Shown piece by piece: positions 39,578 through 54,589 of a DNA stretch of 64,000 nt (its first letter is position 1; each line of letters begins with the position of its first letter). The position numbers were made by a program, and so were the translations under genes. Origin of the DNA: the human T2T-CHM13v2.0 reference genome, Homo sapiens; the NCBI RefSeq assembly GCF_009914755.1, contig NC_060936.1; one strand, given 5' to 3'. A model generated the notes under the pieces. That model searched no databases, had not been told where the DNA came from, and saw only the letters and a list, made by a program, of their open reading frames with translations.

Positions 39578-40194
39578 TCTTCCCACTTCATGACATGGGA
39601 TCACTGCTTATGTTGCTGTGGCCAGGTAAACTACTGATGGATGTGGTTTTCACGGGGAGCTTCCTTTGATATCCTCTGCTCTAGAACATGGCCTTTGGGG
39701 CTGCAGAGTGCAATTGAACCATATTCATAGAAATCCTTGACAATGTCACTGTTTTAACAGAAATACTGTTTACTTTGCAAACCATGCAATGACCAAGTTA
39801 ATGAAGGAGGTCATTTGAAGAATTTGATTCAATTCCCTGATTAGCTCAGACGTGAGCATCATTGAACAAATGAAAACCATGCCAAACAAAAGATCACACA
39901 CCAACTACTTTTTTCTTCTTTTGTCTTCAGAAGTATGCCTATCCAGCAACTGCTCTTTAAATTTAAAAATAGGGGAAATTATCAAAATTTTTTGATGACT
40001 CAGTCACACTATAACTTATACCACTTGGTGAACAGTTTTGGAATACACATACTTTTTAAAAAATAATAAATACTAGAGTATAAACTTCAAATTTCTTATT
40101 TATATATTCATTTATATGTTAATTTATGTTACTATATTGACTTTTTAAATATTGCAAACTAAGCAGTGACAAGATCAATGGGGCTACCAAGATT

Positions 40195-40390
40195 TAGACC
40201 AAAGGTTCCCAATTTTTGTTGTATCAGAATTACCTGGAGAATTTATTAAAGCAGATTACTGTGCCCCTGCCCCAGAGTTTCTGATATAGTAGAACTGAGG
40301 TGGGAACTGATAATTTACATTTCTAACAGTTTCCTTCCCAGTTGATGCTGATGCTGATGGGTCTGAGGACTACACTTTGAGAATTATACT
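40195..40390. mobile_element. MER5A MITE
   Basis: tcagaattacctggagaatttattaaa...catttctaacag...gactacactttgagaa. Confidence 0.8.
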
Positions 40391-40884
40391 CTTAGAATGA
40401 TCAGGATGTAACTGAGTCAATTAGGGGATGTAAGGCTTACATAAAATTGGTGGGGTTTAGCCTAATAAGCATGAGGGAAGACAGGAGTTCGGGGAGAGAA
40501 GGGTGTTAAGGGTCCCTTTCCTGAGAGTCTGTCCACTGGAATCCTGGGATTGTTATTCCAGCCCCTGGCTTGATTCCTCCTGTTTCAGATGATGCAGTCA
40601 GCAGCGTGTTCCAAGGTCTCTTCTCTACCCAGCACCAGCAGCATCTTTACAAATATGCAGGTGATCATTTGGGGACGTTTCAGGTAGTTGAGATTGCCCA
40701 TACATAAACTAAACAGCATTTCCATATGTTGTGCTTTTTGGGTTTCTCTATTTTTTAAAGCTCCTTCATGTATCCTGCACTCATCACTATGATGAAACAG
40801 ACTTAAAAGAAAGGTTTAGATGATGGGAACAATTCTAGAGCTAACAGAAGGCTGGGTTTGGCTTCTTCATCCCCAAACACGTGC

Positions 40885-41048
40885 TCTCTCTCACACACAC
40901 ACGTACACACCCATAAACACTCATGCACCATGCACACATGCACACATACTCACAAACACATGCACACACACAAGCATGCACAATCTCGTGCACATGCACA
41001 CACATGCACACTCACACACTGACACACACATGCACACATATAAGCACA
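40885..41048. repeat. CA-rich degenerate microsatellite
   Basis: cacacac/catgcac mosaic. Confidence 0.85.
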
Positions 41049-41649
41049 GGCTGACTCCACAAATGGAAATGAACAGCCTTTGCCAGAATGAGTGCCGAGT
41101 AGGCAAAAACCAACAGATTTTTGCAGCCAGCTCTATTTTTGTCCTTTTTACAGACTTTTCTTTCTCCTGGATGTGTGGAATATGAAGCTGCTAAATTACT
41201 CTAAATTGGACATTGGGCTGTTAATGGAGTTTGATTATTTGTGAGTCAATTCCACTCTGCCTTCCTTTGGGTGTCTCCATTAGAAGAGCAGAAGAAGAAA
41301 TTCCAATATCCAAAGAGAAGGTTAAGGACAGCAGCAAAGCCCATGAATGACAGATAAGAATGACCTTCCATCTCCACCATCAACTCTGGTCCATTCGGGG
41401 CTGTTCTCCCTCTGGCCATCATCTCCTGGCTCCAAGCCACCCTCTACCCTCACCTGCATAGAGCCAGGACTGTGAAGAACAGATTTGTCTACTGCTAACT
41501 CCAGGTTCTGCCAATAGCAGGGACTGGAGGAAGACCAGAAAATGGAGGGCAAAGGAACTCGCACTTTCTTGTGTTGCTTTCTGTTCTGCCAGCAAGACCC
41601 TAGCAATGGCTGTTCATCCTATGAGCAGCTGTTGGTTCCAGTTTGCTTT

Positions 41650-41955
41650 TTTTTATTTTTTCGTTCTTACAGCTTTATTAAGGTACCGTTGATATGAAAA
41701 AAAATGCATGTATATTATATGTCCATTTTTATTATTGTGGACACACACAGGCACCCATAATAGCATGAACACAATCGAGGTAATAAACATATCCATCACC
41801 TATAAAGGTTTCCTGTGTCCCTTTGCTCTGCTCTTTATTGTTTTATAAAAATACTTATCATGAGGTCTACCCTCTTAACAAGTTTTTATCTGTGCAACAC
41901 TGTGTTGCTAACTATGGGTACTACCTTGTACAGCAGATTTCTACAATTCATTATT
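41650..41955 (-). mobile_element. L1MA 3' end
   Basis: cagctttattaaggta...gaggtctaccctcttaacaagttt...ttgtacagcagatttcta. Confidence 0.75.
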
Positions 41956-42193
41956 CACAATAACCAAGATAGGGAAAACCCGGGTGTTCTTTTGTTCATT
42001 TTTGTCTTTGTTCATTTTTCTTCTCACATAATCAGAACCAACCTCAACTCTCCTCCTCAGAGATACCAGCAGCAGACGGCCAGAATTTCCCTGCCCCAAG
42101 AGGAGTCTGGGTTTCAATCTGTGTGACTCTTCCTCCATATTTCCAGATTCTGATAAACCCATCCTCTTCCATTTGTTTTTCCCTGGGCCTAGG

Positions 42194-45100
42194 TGTATTA
42201 GTCAGTTCTTGCACTGCAATAAACACCTGAGACTGGGTAATATATAAAGAAAAAAGACTTAACAGGCTCATGGTTCTGCGGGCTGTATAGGAAGCATAGC
42301 GGTTTCTGTTTCTGGTGAGGCCTCAGGACACTTCCAATCATGGTGGAAGGTAAAGGGATAGCCAGACATCTCAAGGCCAGAGCAGGAGGAAGGGTGGCAG
42401 GGAGGTGCTGCACATTTTTTGTTTGTTTGTTTTTAATTTTTACTTATTTGATTTTTTTTTATTATACTTTAAGTTCTAGGGTACATGTGCACAACGTGCA
42501 GGTTTGTTGCATAGGTGTACATGTGCCATGTTCGTTTGCTGCACCCATAAACTCATAGTTTACATTAGGTATTTCTCCTAAAGCTATCCCTCCCCTAGCC
42601 CCCCACCCCCCGAGCACCAGTGTGTGATGTTCTCCACCCTGTGCCTATGTGCTCTTGTTCAACTCCCACCTATGAGTGAGAACATGTGGTGTTTGGTTTT
42701 CTGTCCTTGTGACAGTTTGCTGAGAATGATGGTTTCCAGCTTTATCCTTGTCCCTGCAAAGGACATGAACTCATCCTTTTTTATGGCTGCATAGTATTCC
42801 ATGGTGTATATGTGCCACATTTTCTTAATCCAGTCTATCATTGATGGACATTTGATTTTTTCCAAGACTTTGCTATTGTGAATAGTGCCACAATAAACAT
42901 ACATGTGCATGTGTCTTTACAGTAGCATATTTATAATCCTTTGGGTCTATACCCAGTAATGGGATTGCTGATCGCTGGGTCAAATAGTATTTCTACTTCT
43001 AGATCCTTGAGGAATCACCACACTGCCTTCCACAATGGTTGAACTAATTTACACTCCCACCAACAGTGTAAATGCGTTCCTATTTCTCCACATCCTCTCC
43101 AGCATCTGTTGTTTCCTGACTTTTTAATGATCGCCATTCTAACTCAAGTGAGATGGTATCTCATTGTGGTTTTGATTTGCATTTCTCTGATGACCAGTGA
43201 TGATGAGCATTTTTTCATATGTTTGTTAGCTGCATAAATGCCTTGTCTTGAGAAGTGTCTGTTCATATCCTTTGCCCAGTTTTTGAAGGGGTTGTTTGTT
43301 TTTACTTGTAAATTTGTTTAAGTTATTTGTAGATTCTGGATATTAGCCCTTTGACAGATGGGTAGATTGCAAAGATTTTCTCCCATTCTGTAGGTTGCCT
43401 GTTCACTTTGATGATAGTTTCTTTTGCTGTGCAGAAGCTCTTAAGTTTAATTAGATCCCATTTGTCTGTTTTGGCTGTTGTTGCCATTGCTTTTGGTGTT
43501 TTAGTCATGAAGTCTTTGCCAATGCCTATGTCCTGAATGGTATTGCCTAGGTTTTCTTCTAGGGTTTTTATGGTTTTAAGTCTTAAATTTAAGTCTTTAA
43601 TCCATCTTGAATTAATTTTTGTATAAGGTATAAAGAAGGGATACAGTTTCAGCTTTCTACATATGGTTAGCCAGTTTTACCAGCACCATTTATTAAATAA
43701 GGAATCCTTTCCCCATTTCTTCTTTTTGTCAGGTTTGTCAAATATCAGATGGTTGTAGATGTGTGGTGTTATTTCTGAGGCCTCTGTTCTGTTCCATTGG
43801 TTTATATGTCTATTTTGGTACCAGTACCATGCTGTTTTGGTTACTGTAGCCTTGTAGTATAGTTTGAAGTCAGGTAGCATGATGCCTCCAGCTTTTTTTT
43901 TTTGTTTTTTGCTTAGGATCGTCTTTGCTATGTGGGCTCTTTTTTGGTTCCATATGAAGTTTAAAGTAGTTTTTTCCAATTCTGTGAAGAAAGTCATTGG
44001 TAGCTTGATGGGGATGGCATTGAATCTATAAATTACCTTGGGCAGTATGGCCATTTTCACAATATTGAGTCTTCCTATCCATGAGCATGGAATGTTCTTC
44101 CATTTGTTTGTGTCCTCTTTTATTTCGTTGAGCAGTGGTTTGTAGTTCTCCTTGAAGAGGTCCTTCACATCCCTTGTAAGTTGGATTCCTAGGTATTTTA
44201 TTCTCTTTGTAGCAATTGTAATGGGAGTTCACTCATGATTTGGCTCTCTGTCTGTTATTGGTATATAGGAATGCTTGTGATTTTTGCACATTGATTTTGT
44301 ATCCTGAGACTTTGCTGAAGTTGCTTATCAGCTTAAGGAGATTTTGGGCTGAGATGAGGGGGTTCTCTAAATATATAATCCTCTCATCTGCAAACAGGGA
44401 CAACTTGACTTCCTCTTTTCCTAATTGAATACACTTTATTTCTTTCTCTTGTCTGATTACCCTGGCCAGAACTTCCAACACTATGTTGAATAGGAGTGGT
44501 GAGAGAGGGCATCCTTGTCTTGTGCCAGTTTTCAAAGGGAATGTGTGTCGCTGCACATGAGATGGGTCTCCTGAATACAGCACATTGATGGGTGTTGACT
44601 CTTTATCCAATTTGCCAATCTGTGTCTTTTAACTGGGGCATTAAGCCCATTTACATTTAAGGTTAATATCATTATGTGTGAATTTGATCCTGTCATTATG
44701 ATGTTAGCTGGTTATTTTGCTCATTAATTGATGCAGTTTCTTTATAGCACCAATGGTCGTTACAATTTGGCATGTTTTTACAGTGGCTGGAAATGTTTAT
44801 TCCTTTCTATGTTTAGTGCTTCCTTCAGGAGCTCTTGTAAGGCCAGCCTGGTGGTGACAAAATCTCTCAGCATTTGCTTGTCTGTAAAGGATTTTATTTC
44901 TCCTTCACTTATGAAGCTTAGTTTAGCTGGATATGAAATTCTGGGTTGAAAATTCTTTTCTTTAAGAATGTTGAATATTGGCCTCCACTCTCTTCTGTCT
45001 TGTAGGCTTTCTGCCAAGAGATCCGCTTTTAGTCTAATGGGCTTCCCTTTGTGGGTAACCCGACCTCTCTCTAGCTGCCCTTAACATTTTTTCCTTCATT

Positions 45101-46870
45101 TCAACCTTGATGAATCTGACAATTATGTGTCCTGGGGTTGCTCTTCTTGAGGAGTATCTGTGTGGTGTTCTCTGTATTTCCTGAATTTGAATGTTGGCCT
45201 GCCTTGCTAGGTTGGGGAAGTTCTCCTGGATAATATCCTGAAGAGTGTTTTCCAGCTTGGTTCCATTCTCCCCATCACTTTCAAGTACACCAATCAAATG
45301 TAGATTTGGTCTTTTCACATAGTCCCATGTTTCTTGGAAGCTTTGTTCATTTCTTTTTACTCTTTTTTCTCTAAGCTTGTCTTCTCACTTTATTTCATTA
45401 ATTTGATCTTCAATCACTGATATTCTTTCTTCCACTTGAACTAATCGGCTATTGAAGCTTGTGCATGCATCACGAAGTTCTCATGTCATGGTTTTCAGCT
45501 CCATCAGGTCATCTGAGGTCTTCTCTACACTGTTTATTCTAGTTAGCCATTCGTCTAACCTTTTTTCAATGTTTGTAGCTTCCTTGTGATGGGTTAGAAC
45601 ATGCTCATTTAGCTCAGAGAAGTTTGTTATTACCGACCTTCTGAAGCCTACTTCTGTCAACTCATCAAAGTCATTCTCCGTCCAGCTTTGTTCTGCTGCT
45701 GGCGAGGAGCTGCGATCATTTGGAAGAGAAGAGGTGCTCCGGTTTTTAGAATTTTCAGGTTTTCTGCTCTGGTTTCTCCCTATCTTTGCGGTTTTATGTA
45801 CCTTTGGTCTTTGATGTTGGTGACCTACAGATGAGGTTTTAGTGTGGATGTCCTTTTTGTTGATGTTGGTGCCATTCCTTTCTGTTTGTTAGTTTGCCTT
45901 CTAACAGTCAGGTCCCTGAGCTGCAGGTCTGTTGGAGTTTGCTGGAGGTCCATTCCAGACCCTGTTTGCCTGGGTATCATCAGCAGAGGCTGCAGAACAG
46001 CAAATATTGCAGAACAGCAAATATTGCTGCCTGATCCTTCCTCTAGAAGCTTCATCCCAGAGGGGCACCAACCTGTATGAGGTGTCTGTTGGCCCCTACT
46101 GGGAGTTGCCTCCCAGTTAGGCTACATGGGGGTCAGGGACCCACTTGAGGAGGCAGTATATCCGTTCTCAGAGCTCAAACACCATCTTGGGAGAACCACT
46201 GCTCTCTTCAGGGCTATCAGACAGGGGCATTTAAGTCTGCAGAAGTTTCTGCTGCCTTTTGTTCAGCTATGGCCTGCCCACAGTCATGGAGTCTATAAAG
46301 GCAGTAGGCCCTGTTGAGCTATAGTGGGCTCTGCCCAGTTCGAGCTTCCTAGCCTCTTTGTTTACCTACTCAAGCCTCAGCAATGGTGGAAGCCCCTCCC
46401 TGTGCCAGGCTGCAGCCTCACAGGTGATCTCAGACTGCTGCGCTAGCAGTGAGCAAGGCTCTGTGGGCATGGGACCCACTGAGCCAGGCACGGGAGAGAA
46501 TTTCCTGGTTTGCCGGTTGCTAAGACCATTGGAAAAGCACAGTATTTGGGCAGAGTGTACCAATTTTCCAGGTACAGTCTGTCATGGCTTCCCTTGGCTA
46601 GGAAAGGAAAATTCCCCGACCTCTTGTGCTTCCCAAGTGAGGTGATGCCCCACCCTGCTTTGCTTCACCCTCCATGGGCTGGTGCTGCACATTTTTAAAC
46701 AACCAGATCTAATGAGAACTCACTCATTATACCAAGGGGGGAAGGTGTTACATCATTAATGAGAACTCCACCACCATAATCCTATCACCTCCTACCAGAC
46801 TGCACTTCCAACACTGGGTATTACAATTAGACAAGAGGTTTGGGTAGGGACACAGATCCAAATAATATCA
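42194..46870 (-). mobile_element. MSTA-like LTR split by L1PA (42194-42419 and 46681-46870)
   Basis: tgtattagtcagttcttgcactgc...ttttaaacaaccagatct...gacacagatccaaataatatca; 5-bp TSD ctagg. Confidence 0.9.
42420..46680 (-). mobile_element. L1PA (PA6-PA8-like), near full length, ORF1/ORF2 decayed, internal ORF2 deletion
   Basis: ORF1 pieces (KRPNL..ENFPNLARQ; EWRPIFNILKEKNFQPRISYPAKL), ORF2 pieces ([34 protein letters not shown]), 5'UTR; 16-bp TSD ggtgctgcacattttt. Confidence 0.97.
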
Positions 46871-47319
46871 CTAGGGAACTGCTTCTGTCATTTACTAGAA
46901 CTGTCACCTAAGTCTCCCTTTTGCCCATTCAGTCCATCAGTATCTATTTAACCAACTCTATTTCTGTTAAAGTAACCACCATAACTTCATTTTTCCTGCT
47001 TGGATCCAAACTGATAAACTCCCTTTAGCAGCCATCCGCTCCCTACTCTGGAAGAGTCTCATCCCACTTTGAAACAGGCTCTTCTCACTATGCCGAGCCA
47101 TAACCTTGCTCCTCTATGTAAGCAGACCCTGTGGAACTGACCTAATTATGTTACCTCCTTTTTCCCCTAAGAAATCTGATCTTTTCTTCCCCACAGACCC
47201 TTTTTTTCACAGGGCTTGGCTTGAAATGACCTGACTGCATGAATCAAAGCTAAAGACACTGTGGGATATGCAAATCTGTTCTCAAGGTATGGGGCCTTCT
47301 GGCTGCTTCGTGGTGCACA

Positions 47320-48255
47320 TTTGTTCTTTATCAGCAGTCCCCGAGCCCTTCCCTTTTCCCAGTAATAACATCTTAGTTTGCTGTAGGCAGGTCTCCCCCA
47401 CTCTCAGATTATGGGTTTGGGAAGCCTCCTCTGTCTTATTACATGGAAGGCTATCGACTGAGACTCAGGCCTGATCAATTGGATTGTTCAGTTTCTCTGG
47501 TCCCAGTGGTTGGTTCATAGATGCCCATTTCAGAGCTAATCAGAGCTAATGAGTAATGACGGGTCCCTGTCTGGGAGTGTTGGAAGATGGATCTGTGCTT
47601 TTTAAGGGAACTGGAGTCAGGTAGAATGCAAAGTTGGAGATAATACAGCCATTGTGCCTTCAGAAAGGGAGATTCTGTCTAAGAATTAAACCAGTAGGGG
47701 GAAACAATGCAAAGAGAAGAAAAGAAAGTAACCAGATGCTGGTGACATTAGAGAAATCCCTGATTGTATTAGTCTGTTCTTATGCTGCTAATAATACATG
47801 CATGAGACTCGGTAATTTATAAAGGAAAGAAGTTTGACTCACAGTTCCACATGGCTGGGGAGGCCTCACAATCATGGCGGAAGGCGAATGAGGACCAAAG
47901 TCACATCTCACATGGTGGCAGGCAAGACAGAATGTGTGCAGGGGAACTCCTCTTTATAAAACCATCAGATCTCATGAGACTTATTCACTATCATGAGAAC
48001 AGCATGAGAAAAATGCACCCCCATGATTCCCCTATCTCCCACTGGGTGCCTCCCACAACACTTGGGGATTATGGGAGCTACAGTTCAAGATTAGATTTGG
48101 GTGGGGACACAGCAAAATCATATCACTGGTTCAAGCCATACCTGAAGGAGTCTCCTTCCTGTATATTTCAGTTATGATAAACATGAATAAACTTCATATT
48201 GTTGCCAATTTCAGATGGGATTTCTATCACTTTCAGTCGAAAAAGTTCTTTCTGG
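47320..48255 (+). mobile_element. Old MLT1 (K/L-like) LTR hosting THE1
   Basis: cagtggttggttca...; 3' end tcaagccatacctgaag...ttcagttatg...aataaac. Confidence 0.55.
47765..48125 (-). mobile_element. THE1C/D solo LTR
   Basis: tgtattagtctgttc...aaaaccatcagatctcatgagacttattcactatc...catatca; TSD ctg(a/g)t. Confidence 0.92.
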
Positions 48256-48604
48256 TCTTCCCACTCCCCTAAAAGAGCTCTTGTATTTCCAAATGAATGA
48301 GCAGAGTTTGTTGTTTCTACTGTGGTGGGTTAGCAGCCTGGTCTCCCAGTGCTTTTGACATTTCCTAGTCATAGGCTCTCTCACTACATTCCTTGGGTCT
48401 GCATTTGATAGCAGCAGACTCCTCCAGGCCATCAGTTGTACTGAGATTGATTTAACACAGCTGAATGCATAACACAGGCCTTGGTTACTTTTGCCAAGGA
48501 AACGTGGGCCTTTCTCCTTTGTTCTGCAGGATAGAGGGCCCTTCTTATTTATATCTCCAAAAAGAAAAGTAAATGATTAATGAACTGGACTAAACAATAA
48601 TATA

Positions 48605-48840
48605 ATAATAATAATAGCTAATATATATTGCACCTTTATGAATATTAAACAGGTTAAATTTTTAAGCATTTTGTATTCATTAACCCATTTATATCTCTCA
48701 AAGCAATTCATGCATCAGATACTAATATCATGGTCATTACACAGATGAAGACACTGAAACACAGCAAGGATGGGCAATGTGCCCAAGTCACACCACTAAG
48801 CAACTGGCAGTCTCACCAGGAAGTCTGAACTGAGACCCTC
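48605..48840 (-). mobile_element. MIR
   Basis: acagatgaagacactgaaacacag...gcccaagtcacac. Confidence 0.7.
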
Positions 48841-48842
48841 TG

Positions 48843-49322
48843 TGTGCTAAGCAGATAATGTCCCCTCCCCCAAAGATGTCCTAGTTTCTCTAATCTTTGA
48901 CAGTGTCACCTTATATGGCAAAACAGATTTGGAGGTGTGATCAAGTGGACCTTAAAGTGGGAGAAATTATCCTAAATTGTTGGGTGGGCTCAATAATAAC
49001 AAGGGTTTTTCAAAGTGGATGATGGATGCCAAGGAGGGTCAGAGAAACACACATCGAAGTGAGTCAATGTGGGAAGGACTCACCACCATTGCTGGCTTTA
49101 CAGATAAAGGCAGCAATGAGCCAAGAATCGTGGGCAGCTTCTAGAAGCTAGAAAGAGCAAGAAAACCAATTTTTCTCTACAGTCTCCAGAAAAGAATGCA
49201 GCCTTGTCCACATCTTGGTTTAAGGCAGAAAAACTCAGATGTATGACCTGTAGAACAGTAAGACTATAAAGTTTTGCTGTTTTAAGCTAAGCATGTTACA
49301 GCAGCAATAGAAAATTAAGACA
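48843..49322 (+). mobile_element. MLT1D-like LTR
   Basis: cccaaagatgtcc...gttacagcagcaatagaaaattaagaca. Confidence 0.8.
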
Positions 49323-49331
49323 TCTCATCAT

Positions 49332-50640
<1,309 letters not shown>

Positions 50641-51437
50641 AAAGAAACTATGGGACATTCATTTTGTTGCACAAAACTCTATCATCTTCACCATTAGACT
50701 GCATGCCTCTCAAAGTAGCTCATTGCCTGATGTATTTACTAGCTTTGTTCAATGTTAGGTTAAGTATATCTAACATTCTAACTAACATTCAATGTTAGCT
50801 TAACTATATCTTAGAGTTGTTCGGGAGCTAAAGCACTTAAATTAGAATGTTGTTACTCCAACGCTCTAGCAAATTCTGCCAAGTCCCTGCAATGCCTGGA
50901 GACCACAATTCAGGATATATGGGGAAAAGAAAGTTTTCACATTTTTTTCCTCAGTTTTGCCCAGGAGTGGTCAGTGCCTAATGTCAAAATACATAGTCCG
51001 CAGCACAACAATATGAATGGACTGAATACCACTGGTGTGTATACTTACAAATGGTTAAGATGACAAATCTTATGTGTACCTTATAATAATAAAATGTTTT
51101 ATTTAAAGAAATTAATTAAAACTCACTTGGAAAAATTACAGGAAATATGTTGTATGAAAATGCTAAGACATTTATAACAAAGACCTATAGGGAAAAAAAG
51201 AATGACCTGTGTTTTACCAGACCTGTTCATATATACACAGTTTTGATAAGGGAAAAATCACCACCGTATATATTGAGTTTCAAAAGCACACTCAGTGTGT
51301 AAGGATAAATATAATTTATCTCTATTTACCTGATCTGAATCCAACAGGTCATAGTTCTGTCTCAGAGAAGGTCTTGCAGAAAGACTGATTCAGCACATTA
51401 CCTCCAAGTCTAGTATAAGGGCCATAATATGTCATAG

Positions 51438-52266
<829 letters not shown>

Positions 52267-52859
52267 TAGGAGGCAGCTGCTCCAAGGTGTGTATTTTGGA
52301 ACACTTGTTGTTGGTTATGAAAGCTGTTCTTCTTTCATGCTGCATATGTCTGCAACGTGTAAGAAGGCCCAGGCTGCTGCTATATTTCTCAAACAGGAGA
52401 ATGTTATGCTGTCTGCAGTCTTTGTATTTGTAGATCACATAGTAGGGAATTGCAGGCAGCTTTGGGTCAAACCAAGAGCTGTGAGTGAATGTTGGCTTTT
52501 CCACATTCCAGCTGAGAGATTTGAGCTGAATTATTAATACCTCTGTACTCTGGTTCCTTTGTCTGAAAAATAAGGATTAAAAGTGCCAATCATATGGTGG
52601 TTCTTGGGAAGATTAAATAAACTCATATGTGTAAAGCCCTTAGCACAATTCCCAGCACCTAATCAATGTTTTTGGAAAATTATTAATATTTTTATTACTG
52701 TTTTTTCATAAATATAATTATCTTTATATTAATAGCTAGAAGCTAAGATTGGAAATGTGGACAAAAGGTTGCAGGCAGGCGGTATCCCTATTTCAAAGTG
52801 TTAGAATAAGTGTTGCATCCCCACCTCCCATATGGTAACAGATCTCAGCAGAGCAGATA

Positions 52860-53139
52860 CAGTTGAGTACCCCTTATCCAAAATGCTGGGGACTGGAAGC
52901 ATTTCAGTCCCAAGCATTTTTTCAGTTTTGGAATATTTGTATTATATTTATCATATTTGGAAACTGATTTTTTCAGTTTTAGAATACTTGTATTATACTT
53001 ATCATTGAACATCCCTCATCTGAAAATCTGAAATCCAGAACCCTTCAGTGAACGTTTCCTTTGAGCACCAGTGCTGAAAAAGTTCCAGATTTTGGAGAAT
53101 TTGGGATTTTGGATTTTTGGATTATGGATATTCAACCTG
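52860..53139 (+). mobile_element. Tigger4a (Zombi)-like MITE
   Basis: cagttgagtacccttatccaaaatgc ... ggatattcaacctg TIRs. Confidence 0.8.
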
Positions 53140-53190
53140 CACTGCTGCATTTGTTGACCCGGATGACAAGTGAGAAAGAAAGAGCTCCCT

Positions 53191-53471
<281 letters not shown>

Positions 53472-53561
53472 AAGAAAGAAAGAAAGAAAAGAAAGAAAAG
53501 AAAGAAAGAAAGAAAGAAGGAAGGAAGGAAGGAAGGAAGGAAGGAAGGAAGGAAGGAAGGA

Positions 53562-53609
<48 letters not shown>

Positions 53610-53704
53610 AAAGAAAGAGAAAGAAAGAAAGAGAAAGAGAGAGAGAGAGAGGAAGGAAGGAAGGAGGGAGGGAAGGAGCGAGGAAGGAAGGAAGGAAGGA
53701 AGGA

Positions 53705-53744
<40 letters not shown>

Positions 53745-53776
53745 AGGGAAAGAAAGAAAGAAAGGAAAGAAAGAGG
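53472..53776. repeat. ~300-bp polypurine compound STR (AAAG/AAGG/AG) expanded from the Alu tail
   Basis: Purine-only except one C at 53679. Confidence 0.97.
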
Positions 53777-53974
53777 TCCCTGCACCTGTGGGGAAGACAT
53801 GGGTTGTATTTAAAACTGACACACTAAAAACAAGATCAAATAGGAGGAACAAAATTTTGTGAAAGTGCATACTTTAGGAATAGATGTGATTTTCCACAAA
53901 GCCTTCAAGGATTATATTTTTGTCTCTGGTTTTCAACGATTCCCCTGAAACTATCAAACAATATCTTGTGAAAG

Positions 53975-54225
53975 GCAGGATGTAGAGGCCTTAGGGTCTG
54001 GGGTCAGATGAAGTTTGGTTGGATACCAGCTCTGACACTTAACAGTTGTGTGGACTTGAAAACATTACTTAGCCTCAAGCTATTTAAATTCTCTCAGTTC
54101 CCTTCTATATAAAATGAGTATAATGGTAGAACCTTCCTCCTTGGATTGTCATCAGAATTAAGTGAGGTGAAGCTTGTAAAATGCTGAGCATAGGGCCAAG
54201 AACACTGTGACAGCGCCATAATTGG
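53975..54225 (+). mobile_element. MIR
   Basis: ccagctctgacacttaacagttgtgtggacttg...ataatggtagaacc. Confidence 0.7.
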
Positions 54226-54589
54226 GAGTGACACCCATCCCGGAACACTGCATGGTCCTAAAAATCTGCCAGAGTCTTGTACTCCAAGATCCTTAAGTCT
54301 GCTGCAAATGATACCTTACCAGATTTAGCTATAACAATCCTAATAAAGTTCTCCTAGAGGAATGTACTCTTTTAATGCAATGTCTTAGACAGGACTAGGG
54401 TATTGGAAGTCTTTTCATACGAAAAAATGTGTGTCCTTCAGTAAATTTGGGCCTAATTTTAAAGTATAACCCACAGGCCAAAAATGAAAATTTAGCTCAA
54501 TTACGAAAGTGTTTTATTGAGCCTTTTTCCTTGACCTGTAAGAGATTCAGAAAGGGGTAAAATAAGGATACGCCATAGGGAAGTTCACG

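Noticed and set aside
40820-41185. His/Thr-rich 121-aa ORF
   Set aside because: Artefact of the CA-rich low-complexity tract.
42659-45318. ORFs with RT and ORF1p similarity
   Set aside because: Fragments of a decayed L1 (YADD motif reads FADE, frameshifts, large deletion); not a functional retroelement or host gene.
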